A DNA stretch of 64,000 nt, taken from the NCBI GenBank assembly GCA_977020255.1, contig CDROCS010003392.1, positions 62,001-126,000 of the forward strand, given 5' to 3'. Below the pieces are notes generated by a model. It searched no databases. It saw only the letters and a list, made by a program, of their open reading frames with translations, and had not been told where the DNA came from. The stretch comes from Obrimoposthia wandeli. Its lineage: Eukaryota. Both the position numbers and the translations under genes were made by a program. This document shows, piece by piece, positions 1 through 13,339 of this stretch (positions are counted from its first letter, which is position 1; every line of letters starts with the position of its first letter).

Positions 1-1485
1 TTTTGTTGAAGAAAGTCTCGGCGATAGATTCCGAGCACCCATATCAAGAGAAGCAAACAGCGGAAACGAAGAAGAAAGCAGCACAACTAAAAACGAGGAG
101 AGACCGTCAGAATCACCCAGAGCGAGAACCGTACAGTGCGATCACAGCACGTCAAGAGTACCCAGCAGAGGATTCGACCGACATCTGAGGAGGCCAATCG
201 AGACCGGACACCAGATTATACGGAGGAGGTAAGGAACAAGCGCGGAAATAAAGCCGATTGATTTTAAGAGTGATTTTGGAAACCGATTGATTTTAAGAGT
301 AATTTTGGAAAGCCGATTGATTTTAAGAGTGATTTTGGAAACCGATTGATTAAATAGTAATTTTGAAGCCGATTGATTTTAAGAGTGATTTTGGAAACCG
401 ATTGATTAAATAGTAATTTTGAAGCCGATTGATTTTAAGAGTGATTTTGGAAACCGATTGATTTTAAGAGTAATTTTGGAAAGCCGATTGATTTTAAGAG
501 TGATTTTGGAAACCGATTGATTAAATAGTAATTTTGAAGCCGATTGATTTTAAGAGTGATTTTGGAAACCGATTGATTAAATAGTAATTTTGAAGCCGAT
601 TGATTCTAAGAGTGATTTTGGAAACCGATTGATTAAATAGTAATTTTGAAGCCGATTGATTTTAAGAGTGATTTTGGAAACCGATTGATTAAATAGTAAT
701 TTTGAAGCCGATTGATTTTAAGAGTGATTTTGGAAACCGATTGATTAAATAGTAATTTTGAAGCCGATTGATTTTAAGAGTGATTTTGGAAACCGATTGA
801 TTAAATAGTAATTTTGAAGCCGATTGATTTTAAGAGTAATTTTGGAAAGCCGATTGATTAAATAGTAATTTTGAAGCCGATTGATTTTAAGAGTAATTTT
901 GGAAAGCCGATTGATTAAATAGTAATTTTGAAGCCGATTGATTTTAAGAGTAATTTTGGAAAGCCGATTGATTTAATAGTAATTTTGATAGCCGATTGAT
1001 TAAATAGTGATTTTGATTGATTTGAAGCCTCTATAAATTAGAGCAAGTTTGTAATCGTTAAATTACTAGAAAGACTCTATAAATTAAAGCAAGTTTTGAT
1101 TTTGTGCAGTTACCAATATACTAGAAAGACTTTATAAACCTTCAACCCTAAAATTAAAATCGATACGTGGATCATCCCCACTTGTGTACAGACTTACAGA
1201 AGTCTTAGGAATTTTATTGTAATTTTTAGAACGTACTTAGACGTGTCAATTTGTGTTAAATTAGTGTGTTTAATAATAAACGATTTCCTACAACTAGAAA
1301 GCGTTGTTATAAACCCTTCAGATTAAGACAAAACAACAAACCTTCAGATAAGAATTGAGACAGGCAAGCATAACATTAAGTAGGCCACAACCATCTTTAA
1401 GTCCTGCTTCTATAGAACTCACGTTGGGGCCCTCCACAGTCAGAGGATCTATATTAGAACACAGTTTCATATAGAAACCCCAACA
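1..1485 (+). mobile_element. 3' part of a ~2-kb LTR, truncated by the window edge; same family as 43527-45437 and 57425-59445
   Basis: Ends ...TAGAAACCCCAACA at 1485. The block 1155-1485 (TAAAATCGATACGTGG ... GACTTACAGAAGTCTTAGG ... AATAAA 1275 ... GTAGGCCACAACC ... CACGTTGGGGCCCTCC) aligns by eye with 45105-45437 and with the reverse complement of 57425-57760. A donor-like GGAG|GTAAGG at 229 precedes the tandem array. No PBS follows. Confidence 0.85.
249..1020 (+). repeat. Tandem array of 28-30 bp monomers, forming a ~57-bp dimer, inside the LTR
   Basis: GAA(A)GCCGATTGATTTTAAGAGT(G/A)ATTTTG alternates with GAAACCGATTGATTAAATAGTAATTTT. Confidence 0.95.
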
Positions 1486-1859
1486 ATTTAGTTAAATTAA
1501 CTTTAGTAAATTTTTTATTACTTTATTTTAAAAGTAATTGATTTTGAAGTAATAAAGTTTTGTGGCCAAAATTTTCATGTACAAAATGTTTTTTGTGAAG
1601 ATGAACAAGTGATTTAAAAGCTTTTTAATTTAGGCGCCAAATTCTTTTGAAAATTTAAACAATTTTTTCAAATAATTTTTAAACTTTTTAGAAAAATATA
1701 TTTTTGAAGGTTTTTGACTCTTGAAGGTCCACTCTCGAATGTCTGATCAAAGTCAGATCAACGCTATTATATATAACTTTGAAAAGTAGAAAAATAAAAT
1801 TTTGAAGTTTTGGACCCTTTGAGAGAACCTTATTCGAATAACCAGATTAAAGAATCAGC

Positions 1860-2960
1860 TCAAAAAACCAACTCGAAGAAGCAGCTCAAAGAACTTCCTT
1901 AAAAGAAGCTACTCAAAGAACTTCCTTAAAAGAAGCAACTCAAATAACTTTCTTAAAAGAAGCAGCTCAAATAACCAGCTCAAAAAAGTATAATCATGAG
2001 TGACTAACCATGTGCTCATAGTCGTTGTCCTGAAAAACTCATGTTCTCAACATGTGAAAGGAAATAATTCTCAAAGGACAAAGCACATCACGTGTACTTA
2101 TATTGCAAACAAGTGCAATTATTTGTAAATCACACACTCACACAGTCATGTGACATTTTCATCACATCTGTGTGAGCGTGGGAATTTATCTTCTCTGTTG
2201 CATGCACACATACTCCAATACAAAGCAGAGAAAATATCTGCCTTGTATTGGAGTATGTGTGCGGCTAATGCCAGCAGATGATGAAATAATCACATCACTC
2301 TACTGCTGGATGGATTTATGCTACAGTATTTAGATAAGTTTTTATTTATTTTTTATTCTGCTGCTGTGACAATCTTGAGTAAGTTTTATTTTTATTGATT
2401 TAATTTCAATATATGTTTGAAAGACATGATAGTGGGACAAATATCAATTGATTGTTGTCCTTCTATTGTGTTTTTCAAACATTATTGGAGTAAACATCCT
2501 ATTATACCTTTTAGCTGATATGATTGTCTTTCAAGACAAAGGCATGCGCTCATAGTCGGCACATGGGCTCATGACCTAGACCATAACCTTCAGTTCATGG
2601 TGAGCACATGAGCTCATGAGATGAGTACACTATAAAAGGACGTGAGCTTGATATTATGATAACCTTGGGCTCATGGTGGGCACATGAGCTCATAACCTAG
2701 ACCTTGTGATAATCTTGGGCTCATGGTGAGCACATGAGCTCATGAACCTTATAATAACCTTGAGCTCATAGTAAGCACATGGGCTCAAGCGATGAGTTTA
2801 ATAGAACAAAGGACATGGCCTTGAAATATCATGCGTACTCGGAAGAAATTTTACCTACATCACATGAGCTTGACCTCATGTGACCTCATGAGGTCACGTG
2901 CAGTTTAGGAGAACAAAGGATATGAGTCATGGTCTTTGTTCGATGAGTCACCTGAAAGTT
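1860..2960. repeat. Degenerate repeat region: ~30-bp GAAGCAGCTCAAAGAACTTCCTTAAAA tandem and CATGAGCTCATG-type repeats, probably a non-autonomous element
   Basis: About four 30-bp units at 1860-1985 and many (G)CACATG(A/G)GCTCAT motifs at 2540-2960. Confidence 0.6.
2145..2298. repeat. Foldback: 26-bp arm hairpin (2204-2262, 7-nt loop) inside an outer imperfect inverted repeat
   Basis: GCACACATACTCCAATACAAAGCAGA-gaaaata-TCTGCCTTGTATTGGAGTATGTGTGC, 25/26 complementary. Outer arms are ~2145-2170 and ~2273-2298. Confidence 0.85.
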
Positions 2961-4429
2961 ACAACAAAGACATATTGTCTTCGGGGGGGGCTTTATTCCA
3001 AAGTGCTACATCTACCTACTTACTATGTATGTATATATAAATATGTGTGCTAATTTCTTAAATATTTCTACTTGTTTGTATTTGTAGGTGGCATATGATA
3101 TGTTTTAATAATTGCCTACAAGACAAATTCCCCACAAACTAATCAAATAAGAGAAATATAGGAATGAAGAAATTCATCATTGTGGTCCACGATACATTTT
3201 AATCGATACAACACACCGGACCCAGTTCACGACGCAGCAAACATTGATCGTCAATTCCGGTCTATTCTTTACTCTACCATGAGACATGTTGCTGGGGAGC
3301 TTTCACTTCACTAACCTAAATGTATAATTTACAAATATATAATAATAATATAAATATCTAAAGCCATGCCTCTTATTTTTCGTACGGCTTTAGCTCAGAG
3401 CGACTTCGATTGAGAAATTCTCTGCTCATCTCGATCTACAGAAGTTTCGAACAAAATTAGTTTTGAATTGTCGAATGGTTAAAATTTTTAGAACAATCAT
3501 AATTATGTTGCTAGAATTCTTCGATACCTTAATCTTAAGAAGTCTCGCAGTGTCAGCTAATGTGACAGGGTCTACTTGATCTCACTATAAGTTTCGGGAT
3601 ATTATGGTTGAAAACAACATAACACACATGTGCGCAACAACAAACACAACTCTACGCCTAATCCAACTGAATAGTGATGTTGTCAAATTCCTGACAGGGA
3701 ACCTATAATATAAGAATCCAACTAAAAAAAATCTTTCTAAAGTAATTGTATTAAAATTGAATAGTGTTGTGAAAGATAAAAAATGCCATAAAATTGGAAT
3801 TATGCCCTTTAGCGAAAAAGAAAAATAGTTTACAAACTATCAGATGTTTCTGAAGAATTGGAAAAGTTATTGATAGATATTATATTACTTTAAGATCATT
3901 ATAGAACTGACTGCAACGTTTTTTAAAACTAGTTAGAAGACGTATGACCAAGATGGCGGATATAATTCAAACTACAATACAGGAGCCAAAATTTCAGATT
4001 TTTACCCACCAAAATCATCACATCAAGCAACAAGGGTATTTTTGGTGATTTAATGATTTTATTATATAAATACATCTACATTTTGCTTTTAGGCTGACAG
4101 CTATCCGAGCCTTTTCACTTTACGTGTAGGTGCAGCCATAATTAAGGGTAAAATTATTTATTTTAAGTTGTTTAGAAAAATAACTAAAAAATTAAATACT
4201 TTTATAAATAGGTTTGCCTCAGCCAACTTTAAAACTTTCAAAAAATCTAATGTTATATCTGTTTCCTTTGCTTTTTTGAAATGTTTAAACGACGTTGTAA
4301 CGAAACCACGTAAAACTGGACGGCGTAAAACGAGGATTACCCATAGCTGATTAGCAATTGAAATAACAAATTAAAATGGTGGCGTGTATTATTTTGAATA
4401 AAAATAGATTGTGTGAATAATTATTCTTC

Positions 4430-5370
4430 GTCCTTTATTCTACATCCATCGATTGCAAATGACAATAAAGCAAAGGTTGAGACACATATATTCAACCCCG
4501 CCCAGTTTAGCATTAGTTGTCACAACCCCATTCCAATTAATTATGTAGAAATACAATTTTCCGCCCAAATCCTAGTCGAAACTGCGAGTTGATTTTATTT
4601 TTCATAAAAGAGAAGTCTAATTATATCAGTTATTCAAACTCAGAAATCTTTTGGGTGACACTGACTAAACAATTCTAACTTTATATAAAACCTTGGATTT
4701 TAATTATTATTCTATAATATTATTTAATAGCGGCAATACGGTCCTTGGAAGGACACTTGGAGCATGTATATCGAGGTCCGCAGGCGGTGCCCTATCATAA
4801 GAAACTGTAGAATCTGATCCAACCCACAGTAGTCAAAAATCTGATTCTTCCCAATGAAAATGCTCTTGGATCTAGTGAGAAAGTTTAGAAGACGCTCAAA
4901 CGAAATACGTCATGACTTAACTAATTTACAAGTTCAGAAACAGCTTGACATGTCTTATAAACGTAGCTAATGGTAAGGTGGGATGAACGTTCAGTACTCG
5001 TGCGAAGTGAGCACAGTTTGATGAAGAGTCCCCTCTGACAGTTTTCTGGATTTATGGGGGTGTATTTCATTATGATTTGTTGCCTAACGGTGGAACAGTA
5101 GATTCAGAGTTTAACCGTAGACAACTGGAAAGTTATACCGCTTTAGTGCATAGAAAATATGTAAACCTTCAACATGATGATGCTCGTCCTCATACCGTCT
5201 AGATTATTTCGGTTCAAGGTTGATTTTCTAACTGGGCGTAGTTGTGTTGATGTCGAGGATGTAAACATTGGAGGTAGGCAGTTTTTGCCCCCCAATGCAA
5301 AGGGTGGTATCATGAAGGAATTAAGCAGCTGTTGGAAGATGGCAACACACTATTGGCCATGATATTTTCC
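4430..5370 (+). pseudogene. Decayed mariner transposase
   Basis: Frame-broken remnants include FWIYGGVFHYDLLPNGGTVDSEFNRRQLE, LQHDDARPHT (HDNARPH-like) and a C-terminal LTGRS...GIMKEL..CW stretch. Many stops; no clear TIRs. Confidence 0.7.
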
Positions 5371-5912
5371 TTGAGGCCCAGCCACAGAAATATTTGCATA
5401 ATCGTGAATTTCCCAAGTTATGTGCCTGTTGTCAAAATTCCGAGTTTTCATTGGTTTCAGCATGTTCCCAAAATGGGGAGTACAGAGAATATAAATATCA
5501 GTAATTTTTTTAGACAAAAAAATCCTTTACGTAACGCTTAAAATGTTTATCTCAATGTATCTGAACAAAATAAAAAAATCATAAAGAATTTTTAAATATG
5601 ATTAATGTTGTGTTTCTAATATATGTTGCTCCTCAAAAGTCTGAGCACATATTTCATAGCACCAATATGCATTCCTTCAATTAGAACATCAAACATGCTT
5701 TAGTTATTTGACTATTTTACACCATGTGCCCATTTTGACTCAACTTAATACTTACTAAACGCTACGCGACAACAATAGAACCCCACTGAATCACATTGCC
5801 AATGCAAATAAGAGAACAAGTAAAGAATATTAAAAGGATATATGAAATAAGTGGCAGAGCGGCAGCTACATGGGTCATGTCGATGGCTAAGTAAGTGCAG
5901 CGAGGACAGCAG

Positions 5913-7739
5913 TCAGGCCTTGTTGCCCGGGACCGACTTGCCGGCGGAGAGGTACTTGTACACCACACCGAAGTCGAGACCCCCCAGACCCTGGTCACAG
6001 AGGATCTGATAGATCTGCTGAGCGAGACCTCCGAGCGGCACAGCGACCTTGTGTTGGGTGGCTGCCACCAGCGCCAGACCCAGGTCCTGCAGTACCAGAC
6101 ACCCCAACAGTGAGCTCAATAACAGGACTGACGCGTTTCTGGACGGCAAACTCAATTCAAATGTATTATGCTGTAGAGAACCCTTTAAAGCGTTACCTAC
6201 TTCATACTACTCAAGGTCAGACACAAGCTTAGCTAGATGACAAACACTTCGATTGTGCTCCCTCGGTCTTCGGCGATGAATGCTAACGATTTAATCACGA
6301 AGAACCCCTGTTAACATGTGTCCCTTTGTGAGGAACTTCTATTGTTGGTTGCATAGTAGAGCAAAGTTGGTAGCAGTAGAGTGAGTAAGGCAGGCTGACC
6401 TTGCTCATCAGGGCAGCCCCGAACCCGCCTTGGTAGTCGCGGCTGGCGGGCACATTGGGCATCACCCCCGGCACCGGGTTGTAGGTGTCTGAGCTCCAGC
6501 ATCGGCCGGTGGAGCAGTTGATGATGCCGGCCAGCGCCGCCGGCTCCAGACCCAGAGTGACGCCGAGGTGCATGGCTTCCGAAACGCCAATCATGGAGAT
6601 GGCCAGCAGCAAGTTGTTGCAGATTTTGGCCGCCTGAAGAAGATATCAGGTCACACAGAAAACTCCTAATGGATAAATCCTCACAAGTCCTGTGCCGACC
6701 GGGCCGCAGTGAAAGACCTTCTTGCCCATCAGCTTGAGCACTGGGGTCGCACGCTCAACAGCGTCTGGAGGTCCGCCTACCATGAAGGTGAGGCCGGCAT
6801 CGCGGGCCGCCAGAACTCCCCCAGAGACAGGAGCATCCATGTAGGTGGAGGAGGATGAGGAGGCCTCTTGCACACGAGCTGCCACAGCCTTGCTGACTGC
6901 CGGGTCCCCAGTGGTGCAGTCCAGGAACAAGGCGGGCCAACGAGGCTTGTTGCTGGGGGCCAGGAGACCCTCGGGACCGAGATAGACCGCCTGGACCTGG
7001 GGACTGGAGGGCAGCATTGTGATGACAGCCAACAGCGAGCTGTGCAGCAAGGCGGAGGGTGTTGCCACCGACTGGATGCTGGCTTCTGAGGGAGGGGAGA
7101 CTAGAGCTGGAGACACTCCACACAACAAGACAGAGAGAGAGACGCAGTTTCCAAGCATCCTCAATTGGATAACACAATTGGCAATGATAACGAGAAGCTC
7201 AACAAAGTGCCAACATCGATTATATCAATTTGACGGACAATTAAGAGCCGGGAATCCTCTTAAACCGACGAAAAATGCTTCAGATGAATGAAGATCTCCA
7301 TTTCGTTAAAGCGTATCAGCGAAAATGATACTTAGAGCCGAAAAACTTTGTTTGTAACAAAGGAAAATCAATGTTAGGTTACCCAAATATGTATAAAATA
7401 CCCCACTTCATAAATTTTCATTGCCATCAATTTGATAAAAACACATCAAACAGTTTCACGAACCTTGAGATCGTACTAGCTCCACCTTATCCTGATCTGT
7501 GTCACAAACAAAAACTTTGTGGCCACCACGCGCTAGATTCAGCGCCATTGAGCTGCCCATATTTCCCAATCCCACAAATCCGATTCCCGACCCGCTCGAC
7601 TGAAATGTTCATTAATCATATATCACAAAACAATACTAACAAGACTTCGAAACGATAAAACAGCACAACTATCATAGACACCACGGAATGTACTACATTT
7701 AGAAGCCAGAAACCAAGATTTATGAATGTGATAATGCAT
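5913..7739 (-). CDS. HIBADH: 3-hydroxyisobutyrate dehydrogenase; exons 7739-7641, 7599-7464, 7085-6685, 6633-6400, 6086-5913
   Basis: The spliced product has GFVGLGNMG (Rossmann), [38 protein letters not shown] and GGF..ALMSKDLGLA. All introns are GT-AG with compatible phases. The exon-1 presequence is the least certain part. Confidence 0.93.
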
Positions 7740-7934
7740 TAAAAATTAAAATTCTAAAAAATAAATTGGAATGGGTTTCTGCACTTATTAATCTTCTCCC
7801 CGCTTTTTGAATGTTTCGCAAAAAGTACGTAAATGTTAATTACCCATTATTTAAACCAGGACTCGAGTTTTCAGTGTACAAATTTTCATTAAAAATAAAA
7901 TCTCATGACTAAATACAAAAATTAATATATATAT

Positions 7935-8310
7935 CTTAATATATCTTTACAAATAAACACATTTAAACAAATTATGCTCAAAAACACTCGTATCATACTA
8001 GCCAATTCTAATAAAACTATTTGCATTTCATATAACATAAACCTTAAGGAGATATCCCTTTCCAAAGTAGACATTACCCTTAATTTTACCTAAAATAAGA
8101 TATATTTTCTTAATTTTCATTATATAGATTTCAAAATATCTTTATAAATAAACACATTTAAAGCATATAATGCTCAGAAACACTTGTCTCATACTTTCCA
8201 ATTCTAATAAAAATATTTGCATATCATATACATAAACCTTAAGGAGATATCCCTTTCCAAAGTGGACATTACCCTTAATTTTACCTAAAATAAGATATAT
8301 TTTCTAAATT
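7935..8310. repeat. ~195-bp tandem duplication upstream of HIBADH
   Basis: The segment containing ATAAACCTTAAGGAGATATCCCTTTCCAAAGT.GACATTACCCTTAATTTTACCTAAAATAAGATATATTTT occurs twice. Confidence 0.9.
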
Positions 8311-8688
8311 TGCTTAATATTTTGTAATAATTAATATTTTCAAAATTGTCGAAGTTTTGAAAAAAAAGTATACAGTTATTTATACAGTTGAAATGCCTAA
8401 AAATGTTATCTGTTCGGAAAAAAAAGGTTTGATTTGTCAATTTTTTTTGAAGAAGATGTATTGGATGGATTCCGAGACCCTTATACTGTTTGAGAGAAAA
8501 TTGCAAAGATTTTAGATTATGTTAACAATTTACATAACAGGAATACAAGTTATACATTCTATAAACGAAAGTACAAGAACTGTAAGTATGTATATTTATT
8601 TGGCATTCATTTTGGTCTTTTCCTTTTATTTAAAAAACTTTTTCATAATGTTATGCTTTTTTATAGAAATAAAATATTTTAATGTTAC

Positions 8689-8851
8689 ATGTCTAGCATA
8701 CAATTGAGCGGATTTGGTTTTTATTTAATCGTTGCTATTCTTCTAGCTGGTGCTGCTGCTCTAACTAAATCACTGATAAACTCCCCTACCACCATCCCAT
8801 TTAGCGGCACTTCGTCGTTTATGGTGTCTGATGCAGTCTCAAATGAGCCAG
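8689..8851 (+). CDS. Possible first exon of a small secreted or membrane protein
   Basis: MSSIQLSGFGFYLIVAILLAGAAALTKS looks like a signal peptide, and the exon ends CCAG|GTAAAT. Downstream exons are not established. Confidence 0.25.
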
Positions 8852-10283
8852 GTAAATATTTTGTATTTTATTACTAAAGTGAATTGTGATATAATTTTTA
8901 AATGATATTATGTTCTAATTTTTTACTTCCTTTATGTGGACTTATAAGTAATAATAAAGTTATCTTATATTTAAATCAGAATAAATTTTTGGTGAAATTA
9001 ATGCAAAATTTGCAGTTTTTGATTATAAAATGTGGAGGGCAAGATATGCTCAACAGTAAATTATTTTGCATTAAATATATAAATGAAACTTCGTCGAACA
9101 ACAGATTTTTATTGTAGTATCATACGTTATGAACAGTAGAATTTACCTTCAGACATACAAAAAACTCTAAACGGAATTACTAATGTAACTTTACCACTAC
9201 ATTTAGAAATTTTTTAAACTTCTTTATTTAATTCATTTCTTATATCCTTGGGCATATGCTTAAAATCCCCTTTAGGAAATATTTATGTTTTTGTTTTATA
9301 ACTGAGTATCATACAGAACACTTTTACTCATGAAGAAGAACAAAATGTTAATACAAATATAAATTATCACTTTTTCAAACTGTTCATCACCGTTAAATTG
9401 ACTATCATTAATGTGACTCAGGTGTATTTTTTTATTTATCTACCTTCAATTTTCATTAATCTTTCATTTCCAGGCAGTAAATTTGCCAAGTCCAAACTTC
9501 AATTAGGTTGCTTTGCATGTATTTTATTTATATACAGTTGGTAGGCAAGGTTATGTGACTAGTGAAGCGAAAGACCCCTAGGGGTAACATAGACAGAACA
9601 CAAAAATTTCACACATCAAATTAATCATTCCCAGCGTGTTTTTGGCAAATCCGGCAACCTGGATGATTCATCCGCCGTGTTCTGTTTGAATGGGATATAT
9701 TGCAGAGTCTTTCGTTTAACTCGTATGAGGGCCTGCAGCATGACGAATATGTGTCACCACTGCGTGAAGGCTGGAACTCGACCCGTTTTCGCCTGCCACA
9801 CGAGTGCCGATTTATCGCATAAGAGCATGGCGACGCATGGGGCTGAACTGGCCAAGACCAGCGCTACGATGGCTTCTTGTTGTAGAATTGGGGCCATGCT
9901 AGTTTGGATCGCAAACCGCACCTACCTAAATGGAAATTATTTCATTCCTGCAATGAGACTCCCCGGTTTTCCATATCCAACTTTCGGCGTATGTTTTAAG
10001 ATAATAAAAGAATTTTTGCCTATCTGTGTTTGGCAAATAAGACATCGCAAAAGGCCATTTGAATACTGAACATAAGTAGTTAAGATAGCCAAGTGCCTCA
10101 TCAGAGTAATCTTGTTTTTGGATGATCTAGTCGAATATCTCCCATCTTTCTTTGATGACGGTAAGATATTATTCGTCCAGATGGATTATCATGCCACAGA
10201 ATTTCAGTGAAGATACTGGCGTTAGTTGAGACTTGATGTGATGTAATTGTACGTGCCATTGTGCCAAGTATTTTTGTATGCCT

Positions 10284-10985
10284 TGTAAAAAGGTTTTCTA
10301 ACAGGTTGACAAGTAGGTTGTCTTACAGCACTTAGTTCAGACACGCTATAAATAACTATAACTCTAGACTAGCGTATAGATTAATGTTCTCCCTAGTAAA
10401 TTAAGGATTCGTTTTATGTTCCTTAGTTGAAGTTGTCACTAATAACTTTAATTTATCAAGACACAAACTTGGAATTGTTTACTAAAATACTATTCTTTAT
10501 CAAGACACAAAATTGAAATTGTTTACTGAATACGATTCTATATCGAGACATGAAATTGAAAAAGTTTACTGAATACTAAACACAAAATTGAAATTGTTTA
10601 CTCACCAAGATTTCTTTTCAAAATCGTTCCACGTCCGAAAAATTTCACTTTGGTTCGACTGATTTTGCCTCTGTCCAATTGATTTCTATGATATCCGATG
10701 GATTCCGTTTCTAGGTTCTATATAATAATTTTTTCTCTATAATCGAATTTTCCTTGCTTTTATTTGGCCAATTTTATCTGGGTAATTTGTGTTTCAAATG
10801 CTTTATAACCGACCTTGTGTTTCAAACTTTATCTCCGTGACTAATTTTCGACTTTGAATTATCTGCGACTTATTTTATTTTTATTAGTTTTTTAATTATT
10901 TTTAATTCTATTTAACCTTCAATTCATGGCTTACTATAAATAGTTATTATTTTAATTCCATTTTACAAATTTCCGTATCTTAACA
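10284..10985 (-). repeat. Putative 3' LTR of element A; left end uncertain (10284 or 10385)
   Basis: The minus strand starts TGTTAAG at 10985, then AAGGTCGGTTATAAAG (~10800-10816), donor TTG|GTGAGT (10605), and ~3.5 copies of a ~43-bp repeat (10455-10605). Confidence 0.55.
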
Positions 10986-11413
10986 AGTACAAAAAATTAG
11001 AGTCAAATACAAGGTCAGGTAAATACTTCTAAATCATATGTAAGTTTACGAAATAATTGAGACTGTTACAGATGATTGTGTTAATATTTCAAATGTTAAT
11101 CTGAATTCCAATCGAAGTATAATTGTTTATAGGTTTCTAAGATCCACTGGGTCCAAATTATTAATATTTAAAATGTTAATCTGAATTCCAATCGAAGTAT
11201 AATTGTTTATAGGTTTCTAAGATCCACTAGGTCCAAATTAAATTCGGAAAACAAATTTCAATCAAATTGTATTAATCGGTAAAATTGTCAATTTTAATAA
11301 TCATAATATCTTGTCTCCAGTTAATTTCTAAATACTACTGTCTATGTTGCATGTATACTTGTTGTTAAATAGGGTAGAACGGCAATGCAGGGGAGAGAGA
11401 CTGTCAGTCCACA

Positions 11414-12339
11414 TTATACTATAAGTTCTTGCTTTCTATGGAGGAAAATCTTTCGGGTCCATTGTGTGTCTACGAGGCTAGAGTGAGTATCTTTTTGTAT
11501 TTCCTTATTGAAATACCACGAGACCATTCGAACGAGTCCAGCTTGTTCTCTACGATTTATTTCTAATCGAATAGTCTGTGTTGCTCCTAGATCCACCGTG
11601 TGCGAAAAATCGTTTTTCTGCAGTCCTAAAACCTTGAGGTCGTTGGTTATTCCCGTTCCTACGAAAATGTTGTCTCTTAGCAAGGACTGAACTTGTTGTA
11701 ACACTTCGACAGCATCAGATTGATTTATTAACTTACGTTCGTTGAGGCCCGTTATTCTTGTCACATAATTCCTGATTCTGTCTCTGCTATTGCATTTTGT
11801 ATCCAAAACGATTTGTCCGCTTTTGCTCATTATAGTAATGCTGACAAGGGTGGGTTGTTTATTCATTTTTTACTACCATTTTACAATCGACAAAATATAT
11901 TTGAGGATTGTTGAGGATGATATTCAAATGGCAGACTTGAACGGGACTTTTGTTCTATGAATAATATGTTATGTCCACTCGACAAACGAATCATCAAATC
12001 GGGAGTTATTTGATGTCTCATCAACCGGTAAGAGTGATTTTGTAGAAGGACAGAGAAATGCTTGCTTTTCTTGTGTCTTAAAAATCCCCGGCCTTTTGAT
12101 ACATGAATCTCAATGTCCGTGCATGTAGGTAAGAATTTCATCAACTCAAACAGTCTTTGTTCTTTTGGCTTTTTACTATTTATGTTGAGAATTATGCTTT
12201 GTCTTGGGGTGTCTCTTAACTTGATGTTATTTGGAAGCTGGGTCTGATTGTCAAAAAGCTTTATTCTGTAATGGTTATGGAAATACCTTGTTGCAAACTG
12301 CCTTATTTTTCCATAAAGGAACTTAACCATTTTTGCCAT
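11414..12339 (-). pseudogene. Intronless accessory gene: unknown N-terminal region plus a REX4/ISG20-like DEDDh 3'-5' exonuclease, split by two +1 frameshifts
   Basis: ExoII VGTGITNDLKVL and ExoIII HSSLVDTQWT lie in ORF 11414-11866. The ExoI-like YFVDCKMV (DCEMV with E>K; Asp codon 11886-11888) lies in a third frame, joined via an A6 run at 11866-11871. IVLDT..N...IRNYVTRITGL also fits the family. Confidence 0.75.
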
Positions 12340-12860
12340 TTCTGGACGTTGTTCTGCTAACTGGACTGACTTCTCTCTTACCCTGCGGCACCACCTGCCA
12401 GTTCAAATGAGGATTCGTGCTTGTGGGTTCCAACTGTAGGGTATACAGATATAGTTAAAAAAATGTTGATTTTTACATGCAAATATAAAAATTGTCAACT
12501 GTCTATCAAATGAAATGTTCCTGTCAGTTTATTTGTCTCTTTGTTAATCAAAAGTCTGTAAATCATTTTAGTCTTTTATGTAACAAGTTTAAACAAACAA
12601 GGTATATAAATAAGATATGATTTTTTCATTCTTTAATATATATTCTTATTACTGGTGTTATCAATATCAATATATACATATCTATACTAATATATTCATT
12701 TTTTACCTATTCTTAATTTTATTATTACTATTTCAACTAAAGTTAATGAATATTAATACCCATTCATAAACGCATTTCCTCTCCAAAAACATGCCATAAG
12801 CCCAAACTCATTCTCAATTTTCTTTTATTTTATATTTTAATTTACTCACTGGGGATTTTA

Positions 12861-13169
12861 CTAATTTTCACACCCGGAATCATCACTTTCTCCCGGTTGA
12901 AATCCCATCAAACGATTAATTACTGATTTCAATGATACAAGAGAGTTTAACGCTTCTCTGAGTCGTCGTACTAATAATTCCTGATTTTTTTGGCTATGTT
13001 CTAATCTTTCAATTGCAACGTCAAAAGCATTATTGATTCGCTCACATTCCATTTCCTTGTCTTTCAAATGCGATCTCAGATTTATATTTTCTATCAATAA
13101 TTTATTTTCCCATTTCTTCTGTCTCTTATATCTTCTTCTATTAATTTGTACTATTTTGGAATTTCTCAT
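12861..13169 (-). CDS. 102-aa basic plus coiled-coil accessory ORF of element A
   Basis: Intact ORF with an RRRYKRQKK basic patch, then heptad-like NAFDVAIERLEHSQKNQELLVRRLREALNSLVSLK. Acceptor-like ATTAG lies 3 nt before the ATG. Confidence 0.5.
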   Translation of the reverse strand: MRNSKIVQINRRRYKRQKKWENKLLIENINLRSHLKDKEMECERINNAFDVAIERLEHSQKNQELLVRRLREALNSLVSLKSVINRLMGFQPGESDDSGCEN

Positions 13170-13339
13170 TTTCTAATATGTTAATAAGTTTTAAGTTCAT
13201 TTTTACTTTTTTCAATTTAAACTAAACACATACGCACTTTCCTTCGTCTACATTATAATTACTTTATTTTATGATTAGTTTTTATTTTAATATGTCAATT
13301 CATGTATTTTCTATGACAATTTTATAAAGATTTTTCTCA

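Noticed and set aside
9600-10260. Coding-like stretch left of the element A LTR
   Set aside because: All frames are broken and no motif could be assigned.
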